Notes: generated by a model from the sequence alone, not told the origin. A stretch of DNA of 64,000 nt from Candidatus Methylomirabilia bacterium (GCA_041478145.1 JBGOVO010000001.1:5702-69701); one strand, 5' to 3'. Positions 40,511 to 50,644 are shown, counted from the stretch's first letter. Numbers and translations: made by a program.

Positions 40511-42730
40511 GTGACCACCCTCCTGTCCCTCTTGGCTCCGTTCGTCGTGATTGGTGCCGTGTGGCTTCCTCATCTCGCCCACTACTACGTGGCCAGCCCG
40601 TACGTGCCTCCCGCGCTCCTTGAAGCGAGCCGCGCCACGCCGGACGATTCGCGGCTGCGCGAGCTGGCCAGCTTCGGTCCCGGGTTCGGAGTCGCCCTGC
40701 CCGTCTTTGCGCTCCCGGATGCGGTGCCGGCCGCCAGGAAGCTGCTCGCGGGGGAGGTGGATGTCCCCGGCCTTCGCCGGATGCGCGTCACACTGCCGTT
40801 CGCACCGGCCGACCTGGACAAGGACGACAACGAAGAACCGCTGAGCTTCGCCGGGCTGGTCCTGCCCCAGCTCCTGCTCCGCGCCTACTTCCAGAGCGGG
40901 GAGGACCGCTACCTCTTTGCAGCCCGGGATATGATCGTCGCGTGGGCCGAGTACGAGCGGCACGCATGGCTTCCGAGAGGCTTCCTCTGGAATGATCACG
41001 CGGTCGCGGCCCGGGTCCCTGTCCTCGCCGCCTTCTGGCTCGCCTATCGTCACCACCCAGCCTACGACCCGGCGGTCGGCGCGACACTTCTCACGTTCGT
41101 GGCCCGGAGCGGGTTGCTGCTCGCGCGGCCGGCGCACTTCACGGTCGCAACCAATCACGGTGTCATGCAGAACCTGGCGCTCTGGCACCTGGCCCTCGCG
41201 TTCCCGGAGCTGCCCGAGACCGCCCAGTACCGGAACACCGCGCTGGCCCGGCTCGACGAGGAGATGGGTTTCTACATCGATGACCAGGGCGTGGTTCTCG
41301 AGCATTCAGCAGGCTACCACCGGGCCGGCGTAGAGCTGCTCGCGATGGCCTTGAGATATCTCACCCTCATGGAGATGCCGCTCCCGGAGTCCTGGGTGCA
41401 GAAGTACGAGCGAGCGATCGACTTCTACGCCCAGCTGCGCCGGCCCGACGGCAGCCTTCCGGTCTTTGGCGATACCACTGGCGACCCCACTGACGATGCG
41501 TTTCCGGCCGGGCCGCTAACCACGCGGGTCCGGCCCGACGGCCGCAGCGAGCCGCTCGCGTATCGCGCGAGCTGGCCGGCAGCGCAGGCGCGGTCTCTCT
41601 ATCCGGTGGCCGGCTATTCGTTCTGGTGGAATGGCCTCGGAGCTACACGCGACTCGCGACACGCGAGCCAGACCGTGGTGGCCTGGTCGTATTTTCCCGG
41701 GCACGGCCACAAGCACGCCGACGAGATGAGCGTCCTCCTATGGGCGGCGGGCCAGACGTGGATCACGAACGTGGGCTACTGGCCTTACGGTGTGGCGGGT
41801 CGCTCCCGGGCCGAGTCGTGGAGTGGATCCAACGCGCCGCATCTCGTGACGGAGTCCCCGGCGAGCGCGCGCTCCACCCGGCTGATCTCATCCGCCTGGT
41901 CGGATCGTCTGGCCGCGCTCGACCTCGAGCGGCATCTCGATGCCGGGTACGTCGCCCGACGGCAGATCGTCCAGGTCGATCCGGACCTCTGGGTCATCGT
42001 GGATCATTCATCGGGAGCGCCGACGGAGACTGCCCGGATCCAGTGGACGACCGCGGCCGACGTGAAACTTCGGCGGGTCGGCCCGGTCGGGGTCTACCAT
42101 GTGGAGCCGCCGACAGCCCCGCCCCGCTTGTCGCTGCGTCTGGCCTCGTCATCGGGAGCCACGGTCCGGCAACTCCGGGGCAGCCTTGACCCGTTTGCCG
42201 GGTGGCACGTCGTGAACGACCGGCCGAAGCCGGCGGACACCCTCCTCGTCGATCAGCCAGCGGGGAACTCCTGGACGGTGGCCGTGTGGTGTCTCGATGC
42301 GGTGCCCGCGTCGAACCCCTGCCCGGACGATCCGGTCTCTACCCAATTCTCGGGCGACGAGGACTGGACGGTCACCGTTCCCCGGGCCGGCTCGTCCCTC
42401 ACGGTCGCCCGTGCCGGTCGAGCCGTGCGCGTCAGCCAGGCCGCGGTGGCCACCCCCGCCTCCGTGACGCTCCAGCCCCCCCCAGACGTCGCGGGTGCCA
42501 GAGCCCGGATCCGGGCCGCCTACGAGGCGGGGGTCAGGAAGTATCCACGGTTCCGCGATCTCGGTCCCTACCGCCTGCGCGTGACCTACGCATTGCTGGT
42601 CGTCGCCGGGCTCCAGGAGGTCTTCTTCGCGACGCTGTGCCCGACCGGATACCGGCTCTGGCTCCGACGCGTGGCGATTCTGGCGTGGGTAGCCATCGGG
42701 TTCTGGCTCGTCGCGGTCTACTTCGGTTGA
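40511..42730 (+). CDS. heparinase II/III-like family protein (alginate-lyase-like N-domain), membrane-anchored
   Basis: WSYFPGHGHKHADEMSVLLWAAGQTWITNVGYWPYG is the heparinase II/III signature. N- and C-terminal hydrophobic segments. GTG start. Confidence 0.7.
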   Translation: MTTLLSLLAPFVVIGAVWLPHLAHYYVASPYVPPALLEASRATPDDSRLRELASFGPGFGVALPVFALPDAVPAARKLLAGEVDVPGLRRMRVTLPFAPADLDKDDNEEPLSFAGLVLPQLLLRAYFQSGEDRYLFAARDMIVAWAEYERHAWLPRGFLWNDHAVAARVPVLAAFWLAYRHHPAYDPAVGATLLTFVARSGLLLARPAHFTVATNHGVMQNLALWHLALAFPELPETAQYRNTALARLDEEMGFYIDDQGVVLEHSAGYHRAGVELLAMALRYLTLMEMPLPESWVQKYERAIDFYAQLRRPDGSLPVFGDTTGDPTDDAFPAGPLTTRVRPDGRSEPLAYRASWPAAQARSLYPVAGYSFWWNGLGATRDSRHASQTVVAWSYFPGHGHKHADEMSVLLWAAGQTWITNVGYWPYGVAGRSRAESWSGSNAPHLVTESPASARSTRLISSAWSDRLAALDLERHLDAGYVARRQIVQVDPDLWVIVDHSSGAPTETARIQWTTAADVKLRRVGPVGVYHVEPPTAPPRLSLRLASSSGATVRQLRGSLDPFAGWHVVNDRPKPADTLLVDQPAGNSWTVAVWCLDAVPASNPCPDDPVSTQFSGDEDWTVTVPRAGSSLTVARAGRAVRVSQAAVATPASVTLQPPPDVAGARARIRAAYEAGVRKYPRFRDLGPYRLRVTYALLVVAGLQEVFFATLCPTGYRLWLRRVAILAWVAIGFWLVAVYFG

Positions 42731-42748
42731 CCGGAGCGACCTGGGGTG

Positions 42749-43543
42749 TCAAGCGGGACAACCAGTGGCCCGGAAGTAGAGGGAATCGGTCAGGATCACC
42801 TTGACGCGAGGATCCCGGGTGAGCTCGCACAGCGTGCCGGGATCATTGACGGTGAACAGGTGGATCGGCACGCGCGCGAACACGAAACCCACCGACCTGT
42901 CATATTGCATGTAATCGAGTGATACGGCGGCAAAGCTCGCTGAGCGGAATCGCATGCCGGCCACGAGGAGATCGCGTACATGCGCCAGGCGGCCCGCCCG
43001 CGTCGGGGTGATCTGGAGCCAGAGGCTGGTTCGCATCCCTAGGCTGGCCACTGCGCCGAGTCTCCTCGGATCCACGGACTCGACGATCGCCCGGTCACGC
43101 ATTCGGGCGGTCTCGAGCTCGGTCCGCAGGCTATCGGTGGCGCGCTGCGCATCCGTGTCGGACAGCGTTCTCAGGTTCCAAAAGTCCAGCCAGACCAGGC
43201 CGTGTGGCGGCACGGCGGCGAGCATTTCGGTCAGATGCAGAACCGCGGGCAGCCTCGCCGCAACCGCCTCTTCCGAGATCACGTAGAGTCCATTCCGCCG
43301 GGCATCGTAGATCACGTCGATCTCGACACCAGGTGCCCCGAGGGCAAAGGCGCGTCGGAGCCCCTGCGGAGAGTTCTCCGGCGCGCCGTCCGAGAGGGCC
43401 CGGTGAGACCAGGCCTTGCTCGGGCCCTGGTAGAAGACCGGCACCGTCGGATTCGGCCGGAGAACGTAGACGAGCGCCCCACCGAAGGCCAGGGGCGCGA
43501 TGGCAGCTGAGATCAGAATCGACCGCGCGGACCTGACCCGCAA
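42749..43543 (-). CDS. glycerophosphodiester phosphodiesterase family protein (membrane-anchored)
   Basis: GP-PDE motif HRALSDGAPENSPQGLRRAFALGAPGVEIDV with an N-terminal TM anchor. Last gene of the minus-strand operon. Confidence 0.7.
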   Translation of the reverse strand: MRVRSARSILISAAIAPLAFGGALVYVLRPNPTVPVFYQGPSKAWSHRALSDGAPENSPQGLRRAFALGAPGVEIDVIYDARRNGLYVISEEAVAARLPAVLHLTEMLAAVPPHGLVWLDFWNLRTLSDTDAQRATDSLRTELETARMRDRAIVESVDPRRLGAVASLGMRTSLWLQITPTRAGRLAHVRDLLVAGMRFRSASFAAVSLDYMQYDRSVGFVFARVPIHLFTVNDPGTLCELTRDPRVKVILTDSLYFRATGCPA

Positions 43544-43574
43544 GCTCTCTCCTGTCAGGCAGCGCCGCGGGCGC

Positions 43575-45461
43575 CTACGGGCGCGGCGGGCTAGAGGGCC
43601 GGGCCGGGCGCATCCGTGTCAGATTGACGGTTCGAACGACGGACGCTTCGTCGTCGACGTCACCGCTCACGAGCCCGGTCGTGTCGCCCGCGACCCGTAT
43701 CGTACCTTCCCGGCTCCCGCACTTGACGAAGATCAGGTCGCGGTCGTCGCCCCGCGCATGCATGATGCAGCGACCGGGCCTGGGCGGGTCGGCCAGGAAG
43801 GCACCCTCCTGCGGGCCCACGCAGTGCCGCTCGCCGAGCAGCGCCTCGATTGAGGCGCCGAAATCACGCTGTTGGAAGTGCTCGTCCAGCACTCGTGGCA
43901 GGGCGATGGCGCGGGTCACGATCACCCCCGGTATGCGCGTGACCGCGGATGCGCCGAAGCGAGCGAACTCGTCCTTCCGGAATGGCTCCATGGCCCGGTG
44001 GTCGCCGGTGATGAACAGCAGCCCGTTCTCGAAGAAGCGCGCGGCCATCAGTCGGTCGTAGAGCGCCCCGATTTGCGCGTCGGTCTCCCGGATCACCTGC
44101 TCCTCGCCGTGGAGCTGAGCGCCATCCGGAGTCATGAACGGGCGATGGCTCCAGTACGTCTGGATGACCGCGAAGTATGGTCGGCTCGCGGGCATCCCGC
44201 GGAGCTCCTCCAGCGCGACCGCGTAGAGCAGACGATCCGGCACCGAGTCGAAGGGCCCGCGCACGGTCTGTCCGTCGAACCGGGGATCGTCATGCCCGAC
44301 GAGCTTCTGGAAGCCCTGTGTCCGCAGCCACGTGTCCTGCCCGAGGAACCCCAGGTCTCCGCCCGCGATGAACTCGGTGCGGTAGCCCTGGTCCGACAGC
44401 ACCCGCGCGAGGGATCGCGAGGTATCCCCGAAGTCGGTGAGTCGCGGCGATCCCCACTTGTTGAACTCCGTCTTTTCCGGGACGAACGGAAACGTCCGCG
44501 TCAACAGCGAGATCAGCCCGCCGATCGTGGTCCACCCGTTGGCGTGGAAGTTGGTGAGCGACGTCTCCCGCTTCGCGATCTCATCGAGCCTCGGGGTCCA
44601 GTCCTCCACGCCCGAGAAGTATCTCGAGTGATACGCCGAGAGGCTCTCGACGATGAGGAGGATCACGTTGACGCGCCGCTGCCGGCTCAGGTGGCACGTC
44701 TCGGGCGGCGGGGGCGTCGCGAGTAGACTGGCGCGGAACGGGTCGGTGAAGTTGCTGTGGATGAAGAAGTTCGCGTTTCGCTCGAGGAAGTTCTCGAAGA
44801 GAGGCTTGTCACCGAACGAGTAGACATACCCTGGAATCGGAACGAAATGGAAGAACGTCAGCAGGAGGGCCGCAAAGACAAGAGACCGGCTCCGAAGAGG
44901 TTGGCGAGCCGGTCGGACGAAGAACAGGTAGCAGGTGTACAACGCCATCCAGACCACGACCCCGCCGACTGCGAGCTTGACGACGAGCTTCCAGGCCGGG
45001 ATGCCGAAGGCGATCAACCAGCCGGTGCGCAGCAAGGAAAAGATCGAACCAAGCTCCGCCGAGAAGGTGACGATGTCGCTGACGTAGAGGCGCGTGGCGA
45101 AGAAATAGTAGGCGAAGACGTCCGCGGTGTACAAGAGGACGATCGCGAGGCAGGTGACCATAGAAAGCCGGGACACGATGCCGGCGGCGCGGCTGGACGA
45201 GTGGCGCGCCACCGCCAGGGCCGCCGCGTAGAGGACCAGGAGCAGGGCGAGGATGGTCGCGTCGTGCTGGATGATGGCCAGGAGGATCCATCCGGTCGCG
45301 GCCGGTCGCATGAGCTTCACCTTGAAGAGGAGCGTCGCCATCACGAAGATCGCGAGGGCGAGCTCTGGACGGCGGACACGCAAGACAGAGAGGAGCCCCA
45401 CTTCATGGACAGTCGTGCGTTCCGTAGAGGGTTCGGAGGTCGCATCGCGCATCGGGTCCAT
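43575..45461 (-). CDS. LtaS/MdoB-like phosphoglycerol (or phosphoethanolamine) transferase, alkaline-phosphatase/sulfatase superfamily membrane protein
   Basis: Five N-terminal TM helices followed by a sulfatase-fold domain (NVILLIVESLSAYHSRYFSG ... FITGDHRAMEP). Confidence 0.7.
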   Translation of the reverse strand: MDPMRDATSEPSTERTTVHEVGLLSVLRVRRPELALAIFVMATLLFKVKLMRPAATGWILLAIIQHDATILALLLVLYAAALAVARHSSSRAAGIVSRLSMVTCLAIVLLYTADVFAYYFFATRLYVSDIVTFSAELGSIFSLLRTGWLIAFGIPAWKLVVKLAVGGVVVWMALYTCYLFFVRPARQPLRSRSLVFAALLLTFFHFVPIPGYVYSFGDKPLFENFLERNANFFIHSNFTDPFRASLLATPPPPETCHLSRQRRVNVILLIVESLSAYHSRYFSGVEDWTPRLDEIAKRETSLTNFHANGWTTIGGLISLLTRTFPFVPEKTEFNKWGSPRLTDFGDTSRSLARVLSDQGYRTEFIAGGDLGFLGQDTWLRTQGFQKLVGHDDPRFDGQTVRGPFDSVPDRLLYAVALEELRGMPASRPYFAVIQTYWSHRPFMTPDGAQLHGEEQVIRETDAQIGALYDRLMAARFFENGLLFITGDHRAMEPFRKDEFARFGASAVTRIPGVIVTRAIALPRVLDEHFQQRDFGASIEALLGERHCVGPQEGAFLADPPRPGRCIMHARGDDRDLIFVKCGSREGTIRVAGDTTGLVSGDVDDEASVVRTVNLTRMRPARPSSPPRP

Positions 45462-45479
45462 CCCTCCTTGGCGTGGGCG

Positions 45480-46421
45480 CTACTTCGGAAGAGCGGCTCG
45501 GCCGAAGATCGCGCTCAGCTCCGCGTGCAGCTCCTGGAGCAGCACGGTGCGTGCGCCGACTGCGCGTCGCGAGATCCGGCCGAGCAGCGCGAGCTTCTGT
45601 CGCGGGCTCAGGGGGCTGCGGCGGATCGCCCGCAGGTAGCCGGCGTAGTGCCGCCAGTAGTAGAACTGGGCGCGCCCCTTCTGTGTCGGCACCATGTAGG
45701 CGACCTTCTCTTCCAGCGACCCCAGGCCGCTGAAGGCCTCGCCGTGCATACGCCGGTAGAAGAGCCGCTCGTCGATCTCGTGGAATTGGCCATGCAGCGC
45801 GAGCTCCGCGACCAGCACCATGTCGGAGCCGAGGTAGCGCTCCATCAGCCCCGTCGTGATGAGCGCGTCCAGCCGCACCACGCCCTGCATCATGTTCACG
45901 AGGCCGAGCCGTCGGAGCACGGTCACGAAGCGCTCGCCCGGGTCCGGGTCCCGGACGTCCAGATCGTCGTCGTAGTCGCGGATCCGGCGGCCCTGCTCGT
46001 CGATCAGGGTCGTCCGGCCGAAGCAGGCGACCACCTCACAGTGAGCGTCCAGGACCCCGACACACTTCTCGACCAGGGTCAGGTCACACAGGTCGTCGGC
46101 ATTGGCGAGTTTGAAGTACGTGCCGGTCGAGAGGGTGATGACCCGGTTGAAGTTCCACGCCGAGCCGGCGTTGGTCTCGGCGCGATGGTAGCGGATGCGT
46201 GGGTCCATCGCCGCGTAGTCGCGGCAGATCTCGGGCGTCTCGTCGGTGGACGCGTTGTCGGAGATAACGATCTCGCTGTCCCGCCAGGTCTGGCCGACGA
46301 TGCAGTCGAGCGTCTCGCGGAGGAACGGCGCCCCGTTGAACACCGGGATCCCGATGCTCACCCGGGGACGCCGCTCCCGAGCCGCGTCAGCTGACATCCG
46401 GCGCCTCTCGCCTCCGCCCAC
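45480..46421 (-). CDS. glycosyltransferase family 2
   Basis: VSIGIPVFNGAPFLRETLDCIVGQT...VISDNASTDET: GT-A fold. Abuts the upstream stop codon. Confidence 0.75.
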   Translation of the reverse strand: MGGGERRRMSADAARERRPRVSIGIPVFNGAPFLRETLDCIVGQTWRDSEIVISDNASTDETPEICRDYAAMDPRIRYHRAETNAGSAWNFNRVITLSTGTYFKLANADDLCDLTLVEKCVGVLDAHCEVVACFGRTTLIDEQGRRIRDYDDDLDVRDPDPGERFVTVLRRLGLVNMMQGVVRLDALITTGLMERYLGSDMVLVAELALHGQFHEIDERLFYRRMHGEAFSGLGSLEEKVAYMVPTQKGRAQFYYWRHYAGYLRAIRRSPLSPRQKLALLGRISRRAVGARTVLLQELHAELSAIFGRAALPK

Positions 46422-47729
46422 CTAGTTACGCTGCCGCATGACCGGCTTCACCGGGCGGCCCAGCAGGTACTTGCCGATGCCTTCCTCGAGGGCCCGCCGG
46501 TACACGACGAGCGCCTCGCCCACGGCCTCCACCGTGCGATCGATGTCCTGGTCGGAGTGCGAGAAGCTCACCACCATGGACGGCATGATGAACCCGCGCT
46601 TCAGCATCTCCTGGAGGAACAACGTCCGGTGGGCCTGCGAGGGCTGCTTGTTCTCGTCGCGCGCCGCATAGACGAGGTTGCAAGGCATGCCGAGCACCTG
46701 GAAGTGCTCGGTCAAGCGGAGGCTGGCGATCACCTGCCCGAGTCCATCGCGCAGCCGCTGGCCCTGATGCCAGAGGTATTCGACGACCTTCTCCCGCTGG
46801 TAGATCCGCATGACCTCGATGGCGGCGGCCAGGCTGTGCGTCTCCGCGCCGTGCGTGGTGGAGAGCAGGAACACCCGGTCCCGGTCGTGCTGGAGACCGC
46901 CCAGGGCCATGATCTCCCGCTTGCCGACCATCGCCGAGACCGAGAAGCCGTTCCCCATCGCTTTCCCGAAGGAGGCCAAGTCGGGAACGACTCCGTAGTA
47001 CTCCTGGCCACCTCCCAGGTGCCAGCGGAAGCCGGTGATCATCTCGTCGAGCACGAACAGCGCCCCGTGCCGGGCGCACAGCCGCTGGACTTCGGTGAGG
47101 AAGCCGTCCACCGGCTCCATCGCGGTGGCCGGCTCGAGCATCACGCAGGCGATGCGCCCCGGGTACTGGGCGAACAGGGCCTCGATCCCCGCGCGATCGT
47201 TGTAGTGGAACTTCACGGTGAGCGCCTTCACCGCGTCCGGAATGCCCGCCGAGACCGGCGTGGTCCCGATGAACCAGTCCTCGACGGAGAAGAAGGGGTG
47301 CTCCGCGCAGACCGCCACCATGTCCCGGCCGGTGTAGGCGCGGGAGAGCTTCACCGCCGCCGTCGTCACGTCCGAGCCGTTCTTGGCGAACTTCACCATC
47401 TCGGCGCCGTGGATAAGCCCGAGGAGCTCCTCCGCGCATTCGAGCTCGATGGTCGCGGGGCGGGTGAAGTTGCTGCCGAGCAGCATTTGCCGCTGCGCCG
47501 CCTCGACCACCGGCCCGTAGGCGTGGCCGAGCGTCACCGCCCGGAGCCCCATGCCGTACTCGACGAGCTCGTTGCCGTCCGCGTCCCAGACGTGGCTGCC
47601 CGCTCCCCGCACGATGTAGGGCGCCGAGTGCTCGGGATACTGGTCGTCCCCCTTGGCGTAGGTGTGGCTGCCCCCGGGAATGACGGCGTGGAACCTCGAC
47701 TGCAACGCTTGCGATTTGGCGAAGTTCAT
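46422..47729 (-). CDS. class III PLP aminotransferase (glutamate-1-semialdehyde aminomutase-like)
   Basis: AVIPGGSHTY...YIVRGAGSHVWDADGNELVEYGMG...FVLDEMITGFRW...ASFGKAMGNGF: GSA-AM/AT-III signature including the PLP lysine. Confidence 0.8.
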   Translation of the reverse strand: MNFAKSQALQSRFHAVIPGGSHTYAKGDDQYPEHSAPYIVRGAGSHVWDADGNELVEYGMGLRAVTLGHAYGPVVEAAQRQMLLGSNFTRPATIELECAEELLGLIHGAEMVKFAKNGSDVTTAAVKLSRAYTGRDMVAVCAEHPFFSVEDWFIGTTPVSAGIPDAVKALTVKFHYNDRAGIEALFAQYPGRIACVMLEPATAMEPVDGFLTEVQRLCARHGALFVLDEMITGFRWHLGGGQEYYGVVPDLASFGKAMGNGFSVSAMVGKREIMALGGLQHDRDRVFLLSTTHGAETHSLAAAIEVMRIYQREKVVEYLWHQGQRLRDGLGQVIASLRLTEHFQVLGMPCNLVYAARDENKQPSQAHRTLFLQEMLKRGFIMPSMVVSFSHSDQDIDRTVEAVGEALVVYRRALEEGIGKYLLGRPVKPVMRQRN

Positions 47730-47748
47730 ACGCGTTTGGCCCCCGATG

Positions 47749-49095
47749 TCATGCGGTCGTGGTGCGCGGATGCTTCTCTCCGAACAGGGTGTCGAACTGC
47801 GACTCCAGCGCCCGCCGGCAGCGCCCGGCCTCCTCCTCGAGCCGGGCCGCGATCCGGGCTCGCGCGGACTCGAGCGCCTCGAAGCGCTCGGCGAGCGATC
47901 GGCTATCCAGGCCGGCCGCGGGCAGCAGGTAGGCGTCCTGGCCGGCCCGCTGCATCAGCTCGTCGATCTTGCTCTGGTACGATAGCCCCACCACCGGCTT
48001 GCGGAGCAGGAACGAGAGGAGGATGCCGTGGAACCTCCCGCTCACGACCAGGTCGAGCGTCGAGATCGTGGCCACGAGGTCGTCCACCGTTTCCACCGTC
48101 CGCTCCAGCACCCGCCCCGGCAGCCCCGGCCCGCGGGCGGCCAGCCGCGTCTTCAGGTCCGCGATCACGCGCGGGTCCGACCGCAGCTGCGTCGGGAAGA
48201 GCACCACCGAGTACCCGCGGGCGAGCAGCCACTCCGTGAAGCCCGCCAGGGTGTCCAGGTAGCCCTCGTACCGCGCGCGCTTCCCGCCCGGCCAGTACCG
48301 CGCGTCCTCGTGGGGAAACGGGTTGAGCCCGACCACCAGCGGCGCGCTCCCGGGCCGGGACGCGGCTTCCGCCTTCTCCACCCGCAGCGCCCACGCGGGA
48401 TCCGCATAGACCGCGCCCGCCACGCCGAGGGTCGCGATCAGCGCGCGCGAGCCCTCGTCGCGGAATGAGCGGTGGTCGCCGAGCCTCAGGGCGGCTCCGA
48501 CGAAGAGCCGGGCGAGGCGCGAGTCGAGCGGGCCCGCGCCCACGCTCACGAACAGCACCCGAGCCCCGGCCAGCCGCGCCATCACCGTCCACTTCAGGAC
48601 GAGGTACGGGAACGCCCACGTCCCGCCGAAATCGTCGGAGAGCTGGCCGCCGCCGCCCACCACGAGGCAATCGATCCCGCGCAGGGCCCTCACCGTCCGC
48701 GTGACGAAGGCCGCCTCCCCCACCAGACCCCGAGTTCCCGTCCAGAGGGCTCGCAGCCCACGCAGGAGCCGGCCCACGACCGGAGCGGCCCGCAGCCGCG
48801 CCTTGAGGCGGTCGAGAGCCGTGACCAGCCGGCCGCGCTGACTTGGGGCGGCGCTGACGACCTCGCGGCCGGATATCCTGGCGGCCTTCCGGGTCTGGCG
48901 CTGGGCGGGCAGCGCGATCACGCCGTGCCGGGCCTCCGTGTCCTCGGGGTCGAACGAGATCGCATAGAGCCGGGCCCCTTCACGCCGATCCCGGACCTGC
49001 TGCAGGATCGCCGCGAGCGTGGCTTCGTCCCCGAGGTTGCGGTTCCCGTAGTTGCTGAGGACCGCGATCGCCCCGACCCTGCCCCGGCGGTTCAC
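47749..49095 (-). CDS. polysaccharide pyruvyl transferase family protein (CsaB/WcaK-like)
   Basis: GNRNLGDEATLAAIL N-terminal motif and a C-terminal VVSGRFHGILLSF. Confidence 0.75.
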   Translation of the reverse strand: MNRRGRVGAIAVLSNYGNRNLGDEATLAAILQQVRDRREGARLYAISFDPEDTEARHGVIALPAQRQTRKAARISGREVVSAAPSQRGRLVTALDRLKARLRAAPVVGRLLRGLRALWTGTRGLVGEAAFVTRTVRALRGIDCLVVGGGGQLSDDFGGTWAFPYLVLKWTVMARLAGARVLFVSVGAGPLDSRLARLFVGAALRLGDHRSFRDEGSRALIATLGVAGAVYADPAWALRVEKAEAASRPGSAPLVVGLNPFPHEDARYWPGGKRARYEGYLDTLAGFTEWLLARGYSVVLFPTQLRSDPRVIADLKTRLAARGPGLPGRVLERTVETVDDLVATISTLDLVVSGRFHGILLSFLLRKPVVGLSYQSKIDELMQRAGQDAYLLPAAGLDSRSLAERFEALESARARIAARLEEEAGRCRRALESQFDTLFGEKHPRTTTA

Positions 49096-49102
49096 GAGCG
49101 CT

Positions 49103-49759
49103 TCAGCCCAGGATCAGCTTCCGGCCGTAGAAGCCTTCCGCGTATCCGTCCGGCGCGTTCGACTCCATGCCCCGCAACCTCAGGATCGCCTGGAAGGTCT
49201 CCTCCGAGAACCAGCGCCGGTCCGCCTGGCTCGGGAAGCTCCGGATGAGGTTCTCGATCTTGCGTCGGCAGAGAGCCCGGTCCAGGTGGACGAAGACGTT
49301 CGGCGACCCGAGGTCTCCGTCGAACTTGGGGATCTCGTACTCGAGGATCAGGTGGTCGCGAAAGGTATTCCACGTCAGCTCCGACACGAGCCGGTGGTCC
49401 TGGTGCAGGTCGGCGCGATAGTGCGTGAACACCATGTCCGGAGCCGCGATCTTCTTCAGCTCCTCGAAGGCCTCCTTGACCTCCGCGCCGTGGTACGGAA
49501 GGAACCCGTCGCGGAAGCTCTTGATCACGATGTGCTTTGCCTTCACGCCGGCCAGGATCGCCTCCGCGCTCGCGCGGGCCTCCCGGGCTCGCAGGTCGTT
49601 GGAGCTCCACACCACCCAGGTCACCGTCAGCCCCGGGTGCTCGTCCGCCAGCTTGGCGATCGTCCCGCCGCAGCCGATCTCGATGTCGTCGCAGTGAGCC
49701 CCCAGGCACAGGACGTGCCCGAGCCGCGGTTTCGTCCAGTCGAGTCCGATCGTGAGCAC
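49103..49759 (-). CDS. PIG-L/LmbE-family N-deacetylase
   Basis: VLCLGAHCDDIEIGCGGT and HQDHRLV zinc-binding motifs. Confidence 0.8.
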   Translation of the reverse strand: MLTIGLDWTKPRLGHVLCLGAHCDDIEIGCGGTIAKLADEHPGLTVTWVVWSSNDLRAREARASAEAILAGVKAKHIVIKSFRDGFLPYHGAEVKEAFEELKKIAAPDMVFTHYRADLHQDHRLVSELTWNTFRDHLILEYEIPKFDGDLGSPNVFVHLDRALCRRKIENLIRSFPSQADRRWFSEETFQAILRLRGMESNAPDGYAEGFYGRKLILG

Positions 49760-49771
49760 GCCGCCTCCCGC

Positions 49772-50644
49772 TCAGTCGGCGCGGCCGTCCAGCCGGCTCA
49801 TGACCTGCATCCGCTGCTCGTCGCCGTTGCCGTGGTGCGGGACCGGCTCCCCCGGAGCTCCCCTTCCGCCCGCCTTCCACACTTCCCACGGCCGCTCGCC
49901 CCGCGCGTGCATCTCGTCGAACAGCTGCTTGTCCTTCAGCGTGTCCATGCAGCCCCAGAAGCCCTCGTGCCGGTAGGCCATGAGCTGGTCACCCGCGATG
50001 AGCCGGTGGAACGGCTCCTGGACCAGCTCCTCGCCCTCGCGCATGTAGTCGAACACCTCGCGCCGGAACGCGAAGAACCCGCCGTTGATCCACAGCCCCG
50101 ACTTGGCCACGTGCTTGATGTCCTTCACGGCCCCTTCCGGGGAGAGCGAGACGAGATGGAAACTGTAGTTGGGCCGCACGCAGACAAAGCTGCCGACCTT
50201 GCCCTGGCTCAGGAAGTCGTCGAGATACCAGTCCAGCGGCAGGTCGGAGAGGCCGTCCGTATAGTTGGCGAGGAACACCTCCTCGCCGTCGAGGTACCGC
50301 TCCACCGCCTTGAGGCGCTGCCCGATGTTGGAGTGCTGTCCCGTGTCGGCGAACGTGATCGTCCAGTCCGCGATGTCACGCCCGTAGAGCCGTACGTCCT
50401 TGCCGCCCTTCGACAGCACGAAGTCGTTGGACAGGCACTCGTCGTAATTAAGGAAGTAATTCTTGACCATGTCGCCGCGGTATCCGAGGCAGAGAATGAA
50501 GTCGGTATGGCCGAAGTGGGCGTAGTACTTCATCACGTGCCAGATGATCGGCCGCGGCCCGATATTAACCATGGGCTTCGGGATGGTGTCGGAGTATTCC
50601 CGGAGCCGCGTCCCCAGTCCTCCGCAGAACAAGACGACCTTCAC
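49772..50644 (-). CDS. rfbF: glucose-1-phosphate cytidylyltransferase
   Basis: VKVVLFCGGLGTRLREYSDTIPKPMVNIGPRPIIWHVMKYY. A GTG at 50644 lies 6 nt downstream of GAGGGGG. The longer N-terminal extension in the track ORF overlaps the upstream gene in another frame and was rejected. Confidence 0.85.
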   Translation of the reverse strand: MKVVLFCGGLGTRLREYSDTIPKPMVNIGPRPIIWHVMKYYAHFGHTDFILCLGYRGDMVKNYFLNYDECLSNDFVLSKGGKDVRLYGRDIADWTITFADTGQHSNIGQRLKAVERYLDGEEVFLANYTDGLSDLPLDWYLDDFLSQGKVGSFVCVRPNYSFHLVSLSPEGAVKDIKHVAKSGLWINGGFFAFRREVFDYMREGEELVQEPFHRLIAGDQLMAYRHEGFWGCMDTLKDKQLFDEMHARGERPWEVWKAGGRGAPGEPVPHHGNGDEQRMQVMSRLDGRAD

